Shown here in pieces: positions 39,448 through 48,944 of a DNA stretch of 64,000 nucleotides (within the stretch, counting starts at the first letter, position 1; each line of letters begins with the position of its first letter). The notes under the pieces are model-generated. The model did no database searches and was not told the origin of the DNA. It saw only the letters and a list, made by a program, of their open reading frames with translations. The DNA is taken from positions 64,001 to 128,000 of the forward strand of contig JBBRUX010000003.1 in assembly GCA_038247415.1 (NCBI GenBank), written 5' to 3'. Source of the DNA: Chitinivibrionales bacterium. GTDB lineage: Bacteria; Fibrobacterota; Chitinivibrionia; Chitinivibrionales; WJKA01. Made by a program: the position numbers and the translations under genes.

Positions 39448-39908
39448 GATAATCCTTCCATCATGGAAAGGGTGAGCGATCCTGATGCGATAAGCTTTTT
39501 GCCGCAAAGTGCTTCGACTGAGTATCCAAAAAGACGGTCAAAAGATTTTGTAAGAATGGCCGACAATCGTAATGTTTCTTGTGGAAGTGCCGGAGCATGA
39601 AATTTCATGGATGCCGCTGCTAAAAAAAAGATTGTTGGTTTTTCTGAGGTGGTTTCGCCTTGCAAGACTTTAGAAAACCCCCAGAGGAGTCCACTGGTTT
39701 GTGCTAATGCATCGGTAATTAAAACGCCTGGCATGATTGGTTTTTCGGGAAAGTGTCCTGCAAACCATACTGCATTTGGATTGAGGTAAAAAGTTGTTAC
39801 TATCGATCGATCTTGTGTAATGGAAATAACCTCGTCGACAAAAAGAAAGGGGGGGCGGTGTGGCAAGATGGCCATTATTTCTTCTTTGGAGAATTTTTGT
39901 TGTGTCAT
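39444..39908 (-). CDS. 3-hydroxyacyl-ACP dehydratase (FabA/FabZ hot-dog family)
   Basis: ILPHRPPFLFVD, FAGHFP..PIMPGVLITDALAQ. Confidence 0.88.
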   Translation of the reverse strand: MTQQKFSKEEIMAILPHRPPFLFVDEVISITQDRSIVTTFYLNPNAVWFAGHFPEKPIMPGVLITDALAQTSGLLWGFSKVLQGETTSEKPTIFFLAAASMKFHAPALPQETLRLSAILTKSFDRLFGYSVEALCGKKLIASGSLTLSMMEGLS

Positions 39909-39910
39909 AG

Positions 39911-40714
39911 CTACTCCTTGCGGGCAGAATTATCGAGTGTTTGTAAACAAGATGCGATTTGTTTGCGAATGCGATCGGCAAATGCGCCAGGACTTTCGGT
40001 TGCGTTTGAAAAGCATGGCGGATAAAAAAGAATGTTGCAGTTGATAGTTTTTTTTGGGAAAATACTGTTCATCGATTTTGTCATAAAGGGAATATCGGTA
40101 TGGATGACAACAGGAATAACGGGAAGGTTCATTTCTTTAGCGATTCTAAAGGCAAAATCTTTGAAGGTAAGCATTTTTATGGTGCTACTTCGTGCCCCTT
40201 CGGGGAAAATGAGAAGGTTATGTCCATTTTCTAGTGCTTTTTTGCAGGCATTGTGCGCACGGGAAAGATTAGCCACACTATGAGGAGAAACCCCAATAAA
40301 ATTCAGGTGCTTTACGAAATAAGAATAGAGGGGAAGGTTAGCATATTTTTGCTTAATGATGACAGCGCACTCTGGAATTATACCTAAAAGTAGTGGCCCG
40401 TCGAGCTTTCCGCGATGGTTTGCAACATAAATTGCAGGTTTGGTAACACGTGTTTGATTGTCTCGGCAGATATTGACAATGCGATAGAATTTTAAATAAG
40501 GAAGATATGCTTGTGTCAAAAAGTGGCAGTACCAGGTAAAGAAAGCTGAAATAGATTGCGGCTTAACAATGCCTGTTACAAGAAGTATAGAGATGATTGG
40601 ACCGCCAAGGAGTACACATAAAAACGTGCTCATATAATAACCGAAATAGCCAATAAGCAGATAGAAAAAGTGCATTTTTGAATGTACTGAAGCTCCTTGT
40701 GCACTCTTTACCAT
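39911..40714 (-). CDS. Lysophospholipid acyltransferase (PlsC-like)
   Basis: VANHRGKLD (NHxxxxD), IFPEGAR; start codon uncertain. Confidence 0.85.
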   Translation of the reverse strand: MVKSAQGASVHSKMHFFYLLIGYFGYYMSTFLCVLLGGPIISILLVTGIVKPQSISAFFTWYCHFLTQAYLPYLKFYRIVNICRDNQTRVTKPAIYVANHRGKLDGPLLLGIIPECAVIIKQKYANLPLYSYFVKHLNFIGVSPHSVANLSRAHNACKKALENGHNLLIFPEGARSSTIKMLTFKDFAFRIAKEMNLPVIPVVIHTDIPFMTKSMNSIFPKKTINCNILFYPPCFSNATESPGAFADRIRKQIASCLQTLDNSARKE

Positions 40715-40718
40715 AGTG

Positions 40719-42446
40719 TTAAGTAAGTATGCAGTCTTGAGGTGTGGGTGGTTCGAGCCGCTTTTCGGTGCCGAAGGCCCATTCTTTACTGAGCCCACGT
40801 ACAACGGTTTTGTAGGCGTCCCCCTCTATTATAATTGAATCCTGTGGATATTTGTTGACTAAAATAGAATAAAGGCACACTGCTTTTTCGAGGCCGTCGC
40901 CTCTGCCAAAATTCCAGATTTCATCGGGTTGTGCAACGCGGGTTCCATCGTAGATAGATCCGTTTTCAAGCGCATTCAATCTGTTTGCAATGGTATTTGG
41001 GTCAGCATGCTCTGTTGCAGAAACGCACACAGGATTGCGTTCGACGGCTGCTTTCATAAAAGGTTTCCAGGGTGCAATACGCATGTCCCGGTAAGCCATG
41101 AATGCTAAATCAGCAATGGGGTGGCTTGTTCGAATCTCTTTAAGTTTTTCTATGACTTCGAGATTGTTTTTGCATGAATCGATCTCGATTGGTTGACTAG
41201 GAACGAATGATCGCGTTGAAGATTCTGGAAGTCGTGGAGTAATGCGGCAAAATTCAACAAGCTGTGTTATCACATTGTCGACATTGAAGCACTTGTGGCA
41301 CAGTTGGCGTTTTAGATCATCGAGATCTGCATTGGTATCGATAGAAACGGGTCGCTTTTTAAAGTAGGTTTCTAGTTCGTCAATGAGCATCCGATTTTCT
41401 ATAGGCGTAGGATAAAATTCATCTTCATCAATTTCATGCAGCAAAGTTGCACGGGAATCGTCGCTTACGCGAGAACGACTGCTATGTTCGTAGGTATAAA
41501 CCTTTTCTGCTTCGATATAGCGGGGCTTACCACAACACGAATGCGTAAATTGAAAACATTTTTGAAGCGAAGAATGCTCGCGTAAAAAATTTGCGAGAAT
41601 TTCAAACGTAATATCTGTTTTAAGAAACGTTCCAAGTTTTTCTTCAAATCGTTTGTAATCATCGGGATTCATGGTTGCTTCTGGATAGAGCGTATGAACA
41701 TAGCCTGTGCTATTAACTACCATGGTAGCGCGCTCGTGTCGCAGGGCACGTTGAGCTTTAACCGATAGCTCGGTGCCATTAAACCACATGTTTTTGGTAA
41801 CAATACGCCGATTATTGGTAAGGATTCCATCTTTACAATCGATAAAATTTTGCGAATGAAGGGGTGTAGCCACCATGAATATGTTTCGAAGCGAAACCCC
41901 TGCAACTGCAAACAGCGCCGAAGCATACAATGCAGCTAATGATACACATTCGCCAGCACCTGTGAGATATTTTGGTTTGTGTTTGAATGCTACCATTGCT
42001 TCTGCGGTTTCTGTTTTCCAGTAAGGAATAATATCGGTTGTGTATTTATCGAGGCCGAAATGTCGGCGGATATCGATATCGAAATAATACTTGTCACCTT
42101 CGTAGCCAAAAAGGGCGTTGCTTTGTGAGAGTGTTTTTTCGTCTATGAAGCTTGTAAATCGGGCAAGCTCTTTTTGTTTTGTAGTAAGTCCCCAGGTGTC
42201 TAGGTCAAGATTAAAAGTGAAATGATCGAGTATGTATTGTTTAAGTCTGAGGATACGACGATATTCGTTAAGTTTGTCGAGTTTGTCAAACCATGAATCT
42301 TGTTTCCATTGCCACAAAAGGGGAGACATTATATTGGCAAGGGTAAGCGCGTACATGATTTCGGGGAAAATGAAAATTTCCATATCAGACAAGGTTATTG
42401 CCGATGAATATTTTTCGAGCGATTCTTTTGAATTCGGATTATACAT
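40719..42446 (-). CDS. Conserved hypothetical 575-aa protein with transglutaminase-like motifs
   Basis: GAGECVSLAALY, TPLHSQNFID, and a second GRGDGLEKAV motif. Confidence 0.6.
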   Translation of the reverse strand: MYNPNSKESLEKYSSAITLSDMEIFIFPEIMYALTLANIMSPLLWQWKQDSWFDKLDKLNEYRRILRLKQYILDHFTFNLDLDTWGLTTKQKELARFTSFIDEKTLSQSNALFGYEGDKYYFDIDIRRHFGLDKYTTDIIPYWKTETAEAMVAFKHKPKYLTGAGECVSLAALYASALFAVAGVSLRNIFMVATPLHSQNFIDCKDGILTNNRRIVTKNMWFNGTELSVKAQRALRHERATMVVNSTGYVHTLYPEATMNPDDYKRFEEKLGTFLKTDITFEILANFLREHSSLQKCFQFTHSCCGKPRYIEAEKVYTYEHSSRSRVSDDSRATLLHEIDEDEFYPTPIENRMLIDELETYFKKRPVSIDTNADLDDLKRQLCHKCFNVDNVITQLVEFCRITPRLPESSTRSFVPSQPIEIDSCKNNLEVIEKLKEIRTSHPIADLAFMAYRDMRIAPWKPFMKAAVERNPVCVSATEHADPNTIANRLNALENGSIYDGTRVAQPDEIWNFGRGDGLEKAVCLYSILVNKYPQDSIIIEGDAYKTVVRGLSKEWAFGTEKRLEPPTPQDCILT

Positions 42447-42648
42447 GAGTTATTCTCCACGAGGAATGAGATTGAACCAGTTCGGTTGCAGGAGCCTTAA
42501 AAATAGCGTATTTTGTTAAACCATTTATTGAGCTACAGTACACCACTTTGAAAGCGGTGTCGATTATATCTATAGGCCTGTCTACGAATGTGGAAGGCCT
42601 TGTTAAAAAAATACATTCCGGAAAATATCCAAGAATCGATAGAGATCT

Positions 42649-45600
42649 ATGAAAACTTTGGGAATTTGTTTTGGAGCATCAACGATTTCAATCGTGGAGC
42701 TTGAGTATGCTCATGAAATAAAAACAATTATAAAAACTACGCGGATTGTTCATGAAGGCAATCCATTGCAGGGTCTTTCGGATTGGTTTAAAACCATTAA
42801 TCCGGAGGAATTTAACCATGTTGCAGTAACAGGCCGTTCCATGAGAGATCATGTTGAGGCCGCAAGCATCTCCGAACCCGAAGCTATTGAAGAAGCTCTG
42901 GAGTATGCCTATGGTGAGGGGCCATTTCCAACCGTTGTAGTAAGCCTTGGCGGAGAAACCCAGATCGCCTACCAAATATCCAAAACAGGCACCATTGATG
43001 CCGTTTATTCTGGAAATAAATGTGCGAGTGGAACAGGTGAATTTTTTTTGCAACAAATTCGTCGTATGGGTTTGTCTCTTGACGATGCGGTAGAGATGGC
43101 GCGTAAAGGCGAGGCTCATAAAATAGCTGGACGATGCAGCGTGTTTTGCAAAAGCGATTGTACCCATGCACTTAATAAAGGTGAGAGCAAAGAAAATGTG
43201 GTGGCTGGTCTGTGTGCCATGATGGCTGATAAAATTGTTGAATTGATCAAAGATCTTCCTATCGTCGGTATTGGGCTGATTGGTGGAGGGTCACAAAATG
43301 ACGCCATGATTCGCTACCTGCGAAATACTTATTCGGATGTAAATGTCGCTCGCCAGGCGATAGTTTTTGAGGCTCTGGGAGCTGCTCTTTGGGCTGGCAA
43401 AAAAGGCAGCGGACCCTTGCCCAAGCCGCTCGCATCATTTTTTCGTCCTGTCAAATCGAGTTTTGGAACGCATGCTCCTCTTAAAAATGCATTGTCTTTG
43501 GTCCGGTTCTCTGAGTCGCACGTATCTATGCCAATGCCAGGCGACGAGTGCGTGATTGGGCTTGATGTTGGCTCGACGACTACAAAAGCTGTTCTGATGC
43601 GGCGCGCTGATTCTTCTATCCTCGCTTCAACCTATTTACGGACGTCGGGAAATCCGGTTGCTGCCGCGATATCGTGCTATTCTGCTTTACAGAGTCAGGT
43701 ACATTCTACCCCACTACGGTGCGTTGGCCTTGGCGTTACCGGTTCTGGTCGACATATTGCGGCACTGCATGCGTCAACAGACACAATCATCAACGAAATA
43801 GTTGCACATGCTACGGCAGCTGCGTTTTACGATCCGCAGGTAGATACGATCTTTGAAATTGGTGGACAAGATGCAAAATATACCTTTTTGAGCAATGGAA
43901 TTCCATCAGACTATGCTATGAATGAAGCGTGCAGCGCGGGGACAGGTTCTTTTTTAGAGGAAGCTGCTTTCGAATCGCTTTCGGTTACTACAGGGGAAAT
44001 TGGAGATCTTGCTATGGAGGGAATGCGCCCCCTCAATTTTACCGATCAATGCTCGGCATTTATTTCCAGTGATATTAAGCGGGCTATTCAGGAAAAAATA
44101 GATCGAAACGATATTTTAGCGGGATTAGTATACTCTATTTGTCTTAACTATCAGAATAGGGTTAAAGGGTCGCGGCCCGTGGGGAAAAAAATATTCATGC
44201 AGGGAGGGGTCTGCTATAATAAGGCTGTTCCGGTTGCTATGGCATCGCTTTTGCAATGTGAAATTATCGTCCCCCCCGATCCTGGTCTTTCGGGCGCAGT
44301 TGGTGTTGCTTTGCAAACTTCCCGCAGACTTACACGAGGTTCTATTGAGCCCAAAGAATTCAAACTCGAAGATCTCATTTCGAGAACCGTTGCCCATGAA
44401 GGATCATTTGTTTGTCAGGGGACCAAAGGGGGGTGCGATCGCAAATGCGCCATTCAAAAATATCGTATTGCTGGCGAGTTGGTTCCTTTTGGAGGAGCGT
44501 GCAACAAATATTATAATCAACGTCACAATATTTCCGTAGATACCGATGTGAGAGATCTTGTTGCTGTTCGTCAACACCTGGTTTTTGAACAATTCGGAAT
44601 AACGGGACATGCTGCCGATGCTTCTGTTCAGCGTCAAGAAACGGTAGGGATTTCACGGTCATTTCTTGCGCATTCACTATTCCCTTTGTATTCGCATTTC
44701 TTTGCATACATGGGTTTTAATGTTGTAGTGTCGGATAAGATCGACCCGCAAGGGCTGGCGCGAACACTTGCATCGTATTGCCTACCGGTTGAAATTGCGC
44801 ATGGTAGTTTTCTCAATGTGCTAAAGCAGAAGCCCGACTATATTTTTTTGCCTCAGGTTATGCAGCTGCCTGTACCCAATGTTCCAACGTATAGTCGACT
44901 ATGTGTTTTTGTTCAGGGGGAGCCCTATTACCTAGAAACAACATTTAGGGATGATATCGCAAAGGCTGGGGTAAAGATTCTCCGTCCGGTTTTGCGCATG
45001 GAAACAGGTTTTATGCAAGCATGCGAAACGCTCGTGGCGATGGCGATGACTATGGGCGTTGACAAAAAAAATGCGACTCGGGCCTTTGAACATGCAGTTT
45101 CCATGCAGCACGCATGCGATAATGAAATGCGTGTTTACGGCAAGCAAGCACTCGAATATTTAGCAGTGCATCCGAGCGAAGTTGGTATTGTCCTTTTTGG
45201 GAGGCCGTATAATGCCTTTACATCCGATGCCCACATGGGCATTCCCAAAAAAATAGCCTCGCGCGGGTATTATGTGATACCACTAGACATGTTGCCAGCA
45301 GATAGGTATTCGGTAGATGAAAAAATGTTTTGGGCGATGGGGCAAAAAATTATGAAGTCGGCGCAATTTGTTAAAGATACGCCGAATCTTTTTGGCGTTT
45401 TTGTAACTAATTTCAGCTGTGGACCAGATTCGTTTCTTCTTGGATTTTTTCGCACCTGCATGGGCGATAAGCCCTCTCTCACCCTAGAGCTAGACCATCA
45501 TACCGCAGACGCCGGTATCGATACGCGTATTGAGGCAGCAATCGATATTTTCAGGCATTGCGTCGAGAAAAAGAATCCTGATCTGGCGCTACCACAGGTG

Positions 45601-46989
45601 TATGTTCCGGCTAGGGTTGCCTTTACCAATGAAATCATGGTAACAGATTCGTACGGTAATCGAATGCCCATCGATGACCCTCGGGTTGAAGTTCTTCTTC
45701 CGTCAATGGGAACCTATGCAACCGAAATTGCTGCAGCCGTTCTGCGTTCACGGTCTATTCGCGCGCGTGCGTTACCTGTTATCGATGATGACGTATTTCT
45801 GGTTGGGCGAAAGAACACTTCTACCAAAGAGTGCTTGCCGTATATCATAACAACAGGGTCTTTTCTTTCTTATTTACATAATACAAAAAGAGATCCACAC
45901 ACGGTAACACTTTTGCTCATGGCGACAGGAGGCGGACCGTGCCGTTTGGGGCAATATTGCAGGGCTTTAGAGCAAAAAATTCATGCCGACCGATTGGTTA
46001 ATGTTGCTGTTTTAACAATAACAGATGAGAATGGGTATGCTGGCCTTGGAGCGCGAACGCTTTTGCGTGCCTGGCAATCGCTTGTGGTGGCAGATGTTTT
46101 TAGCGATCTCAAAAGCATGCTGCAGGCCACCGCGCGCGATCCTGCAAAGGCACAGGAACTATTGCGGGAGTGCTGGACGCGTGTTGTGCGTTATTTCGAT
46201 GGATCGTTATCTATTCGGCTTTCAACGCTGCTTGGGACAATTGCAGAGCAGGTGGATGCGATCGAGCTCGATAGGAATCCTCGCGAGGTACCGGTCATTT
46301 CATTGGTTGGAGAAATCTTTGTACGGCGCGATGAGTTTTCTCGCAAAAACCTTATTGATTATTTGGAATCAAAAGGATTTATGGTACGTATTGCACCAAT
46401 TTCAGAATACCCTTTGTATGGCAATTATGTTATTAACCAGGGGCTTGGCGAACGTAAGTTTACCATACAAGAAAAGGTTAAAATGCACCTCACTGCTCGA
46501 ATTCAAGAGTGGTGGGAATGGAGAATAAAATCAATTTTTGGCGCAACGCGCTTATACCATCCGGAAATGATAGATATCGCCAAAACTATCAAAGGCGTAA
46601 AGCATATTATAGACGAAAATTTTAGGGGGGAATGTATCCTTACGGTGGGTCTTGCTATGCGAGAAATTGCCGAATCTGCCTGCGGAATTATTTCAATTGG
46701 GCCCTTTGGCTGTATGCCTTCCCGAATGGCAGAAGCAATACTTAAAAAAGAAATGAATCCTTCGGGAAAAAAAAGAATGGCAACTGCAGGGCCAGAACAT
46801 TCCGCTCTTGATGATGTTGAGTCATTTCCCTTTTTGGCAATTGAGGCCGATGGCACGGCGTTTCCTCAATTAACGATTGCAAATCTGGAATCGTTTGTTT
46901 TAAAGAGCAGGGCAATGCATGCTCGCATGCAAGCAGTGCGCACAACCCATGAACGTCACCGTCGAAAACGACATGAACACAAATCTTAA
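42649..46989 (+). CDS. Tandem CoA-substrate activase (2x BcrAD/BadFG) plus DUF2229/dehydratase-like fusion (PlsA/Ger-like architecture)
   Basis: GICFGAS, KCASGTG, RCSVF; GLDVGSTTTK, EIGGQDAK, CSAGTGSF; CLPVEIAHG, GRPYN, NFSCGPD, ECLP, GPCRLGQY, PFGCMPS. Confidence 0.85.
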   Translation: MKTLGICFGASTISIVELEYAHEIKTIIKTTRIVHEGNPLQGLSDWFKTINPEEFNHVAVTGRSMRDHVEAASISEPEAIEEALEYAYGEGPFPTVVVSLGGETQIAYQISKTGTIDAVYSGNKCASGTGEFFLQQIRRMGLSLDDAVEMARKGEAHKIAGRCSVFCKSDCTHALNKGESKENVVAGLCAMMADKIVELIKDLPIVGIGLIGGGSQNDAMIRYLRNTYSDVNVARQAIVFEALGAALWAGKKGSGPLPKPLASFFRPVKSSFGTHAPLKNALSLVRFSESHVSMPMPGDECVIGLDVGSTTTKAVLMRRADSSILASTYLRTSGNPVAAAISCYSALQSQVHSTPLRCVGLGVTGSGRHIAALHASTDTIINEIVAHATAAAFYDPQVDTIFEIGGQDAKYTFLSNGIPSDYAMNEACSAGTGSFLEEAAFESLSVTTGEIGDLAMEGMRPLNFTDQCSAFISSDIKRAIQEKIDRNDILAGLVYSICLNYQNRVKGSRPVGKKIFMQGGVCYNKAVPVAMASLLQCEIIVPPDPGLSGAVGVALQTSRRLTRGSIEPKEFKLEDLISRTVAHEGSFVCQGTKGGCDRKCAIQKYRIAGELVPFGGACNKYYNQRHNISVDTDVRDLVAVRQHLVFEQFGITGHAADASVQRQETVGISRSFLAHSLFPLYSHFFAYMGFNVVVSDKIDPQGLARTLASYCLPVEIAHGSFLNVLKQKPDYIFLPQVMQLPVPNVPTYSRLCVFVQGEPYYLETTFRDDIAKAGVKILRPVLRMETGFMQACETLVAMAMTMGVDKKNATRAFEHAVSMQHACDNEMRVYGKQALEYLAVHPSEVGIVLFGRPYNAFTSDAHMGIPKKIASRGYYVIPLDMLPADRYSVDEKMFWAMGQKIMKSAQFVKDTPNLFGVFVTNFSCGPDSFLLGFFRTCMGDKPSLTLELDHHTADAGIDTRIEAAIDIFRHCVEKKNPDLALPQVYVPARVAFTNEIMVTDSYGNRMPIDDPRVEVLLPSMGTYATEIAAAVLRSRSIRARALPVIDDDVFLVGRKNTSTKECLPYIITTGSFLSYLHNTKRDPHTVTLLLMATGGGPCRLGQYCRALEQKIHADRLVNVAVLTITDENGYAGLGARTLLRAWQSLVVADVFSDLKSMLQATARDPAKAQELLRECWTRVVRYFDGSLSIRLSTLLGTIAEQVDAIELDRNPREVPVISLVGEIFVRRDEFSRKNLIDYLESKGFMVRIAPISEYPLYGNYVINQGLGERKFTIQEKVKMHLTARIQEWWEWRIKSIFGATRLYHPEMIDIAKTIKGVKHIIDENFRGECILTVGLAMREIAESACGIISIGPFGCMPSRMAEAILKKEMNPSGKKRMATAGPEHSALDDVESFPFLAIEADGTAFPQLTIANLESFVLKSRAMHARMQAVRTTHERHRRKRHEHKS

Positions 46990-47027
46990 AGGTTCTTTGC
47001 TATGAGAATCGCGTGCGGGCTAACTCT

Positions 47028-48071
47028 ATGAAAACTGCTGATTTTGATTTTGAATTACCCTTGGAACTTATTGCGCAACATCCCCCAAAAGAACGGGATG
47101 CGAGCAGGCTTCTGGTTTTGAGAAGAGAAAGCGATTCGCTAGAACATTCACAATTTTCCAAGGTTGTCGATTTTTTTAAACCTGGAGATCGGCTTGTTCT
47201 TAATAATGTTAAGGTGATTCCTGCGAGGCTGCATTGTGTAAAAACCAGTGGTGCTCAGATTGAGCTCTTATGCAGTAATCAGTTACCCGATGGTTCCTGG
47301 GAGGCTCTGGCACGTGGACGCCGACGCCTTGCACAAGGTTTGCGGCTTCAGATTAGAAACGATTCTCACCGTGGCATAAGGGTTCTCAAACTTCTTAATA
47401 ATGGCGGAATCCAGATTTGTGCTGAGGATGAGCATGGTAATGTTATTAACCTTAGTCAAGTTCTCGAGCAGTTTGGAGAAATTCCTTTGCCGCCCTATAT
47501 CAATAGGCTCGTAGAGCCATCCGATACCGATCGGTATCAAACGGTATATGCTTCTGAGGGTGCTGCCGTGGCTGCGCCTACCGCGGGCCTTCATTTCACT
47601 CCAGAGCTCTTGCAACGGTTAAAGGAAGCAGGGGTGGGTATAACCTATGTAACGCTTAATGTTGGAATTGGAACGTTCCGCCCTGTATCTGTTGATGATC
47701 CAGCAACGCATCCAATACATTCAGAATCATTTTCGTTAACGCCTCAGAGCGCGCTTGAAATCAACCAAACGCGGCAGAATGGTGGGCGGATTTTTGCCGT
47801 GGGTACAACGGTGGTTCGTGTTCTTGAGCATTGTGCTCTAGGAAATCGACACGTGCTGGCAACGTCTGGTGCTACCAACATATTAATTCTGCCAGGATAC
47901 CAATTTAAGATCGTTGATGGGCTTATAACCAATTTTCATCTACCCAAATCTTCTTTAATTATGCTGGTTTCAGCATTGGCTGGCAGAGAATTTGTCCTTT
48001 CTGCGTATCGTGAAGCAGTGGAGATGAAGTATCGATTTTTTAGCTATGGCGATGCAATGCTTCTGCTCTGA
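47028..48071 (+). CDS. queA: S-adenosylmethionine:tRNA ribosyltransferase-isomerase
   Basis: DFDFELP..LIAQ, PLPPYI, YQTVYA, AAPTAGLHFT, AVGTT, TNFHLPKS, YRFFSYGDAM. Confidence 0.96.
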   Translation: MKTADFDFELPLELIAQHPPKERDASRLLVLRRESDSLEHSQFSKVVDFFKPGDRLVLNNVKVIPARLHCVKTSGAQIELLCSNQLPDGSWEALARGRRRLAQGLRLQIRNDSHRGIRVLKLLNNGGIQICAEDEHGNVINLSQVLEQFGEIPLPPYINRLVEPSDTDRYQTVYASEGAAVAAPTAGLHFTPELLQRLKEAGVGITYVTLNVGIGTFRPVSVDDPATHPIHSESFSLTPQSALEINQTRQNGGRIFAVGTTVVRVLEHCALGNRHVLATSGATNILILPGYQFKIVDGLITNFHLPKSSLIMLVSALAGREFVLSAYREAVEMKYRFFSYGDAMLLL

Positions 48072-48100
48072 TTGACACCGGATGCGATCTAACATATATT
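48072..48100 (+). promoter_or_regulatory. Sigma-70-type promoter
   Basis: TTGACA-17 bp-TATATT. Confidence 0.65.
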
Positions 48101-48212
48101 TTTAGTTCAGCATGTGGCAGGTATAAGCCCGTATGGTGTCATACGGGCTTATTTATTTATAGTTTCTCGAAGCTTTTTGCTTCAGTTTCATGTATCACAA
48201 AGGAGTTTGGCA

Positions 48213-48872
48213 ATGTTTTTAGAAGGAATTGTTCGGAAACCGGTTTCTGCGGTTCAATGGCAGGATTATCGTGCATCTAATACCGGTCTCATTACTGTAT
48301 ATGTTACGGATTCTGTATCAGAAATGCCTATACGCGAAGTACCCGAAGAATTCCCAACCGATGTTGTTCCCGACCCAAACTACGAAACGGGAACAGTTGG
48401 ATTTTATGGTTGTTCACGAACAAAAATTAGAAGTACGTTACATAAGAGCCGTATTCGGTATATGTTTTTTATGGCAAAATATATGGGCACCCGTGATGAA
48501 TTCGCAGATAATTTTTATGTCAATGGGTTTTATCGGATTTCAAAATGGACCGAAGCCGTTAAACTCCATATGAGATATTTATCTGAACCTTCGTGCGCAA
48601 ATTTAGATACGTGCACTGCGTTTCTCGCAGATGAGGTTCATTTTGTTTCGCTCGAGGATTCAATTGCTGTTACCAAAGAGGTCCTTTCGAAGTGGGGATT
48701 TTCTGGCGCGCTAACTCGACAGTCTCGCATTATTCTCGATGAAGAAAAAACCACAGAGCTACTTGCTCTCTTACGCGGTAAAGAGAATATAACTAAAGCC
48801 TACATCGAAGAAACACGGCGTCTTGAGCCTACCGATCCCGAAGCGGAAGTTGATGAAGAGGAAGAAGAGTAA
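48213..48872 (+). CDS. Hypothetical protein with acidic tail (possibly nucleotide-modification-associated domain)
   Basis: AAGGAG SD; PDPNYETGTVGFYGC...YMFF...FYVNGFYRI. Confidence 0.65.
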   Translation: MFLEGIVRKPVSAVQWQDYRASNTGLITVYVTDSVSEMPIREVPEEFPTDVVPDPNYETGTVGFYGCSRTKIRSTLHKSRIRYMFFMAKYMGTRDEFADNFYVNGFYRISKWTEAVKLHMRYLSEPSCANLDTCTAFLADEVHFVSLEDSIAVTKEVLSKWGFSGALTRQSRIILDEEKTTELLALLRGKENITKAYIEETRRLEPTDPEAEVDEEEEE

Positions 48873-48903
48873 GCACAATACTATAAGGAATAAAGTTTAG
48901 AAC

Positions 48904-48937
48904 AAGGCTGCCCAAGAAATTGGGTGGCTTTTTTTTT
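48904..48937 (+). terminator. Intrinsic terminator
   Basis: GGCTGCCCAA-gaaa-TTGGGTGGC followed by T9. Confidence 0.8.
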
Positions 48938-48944
48938 GCGGAGG

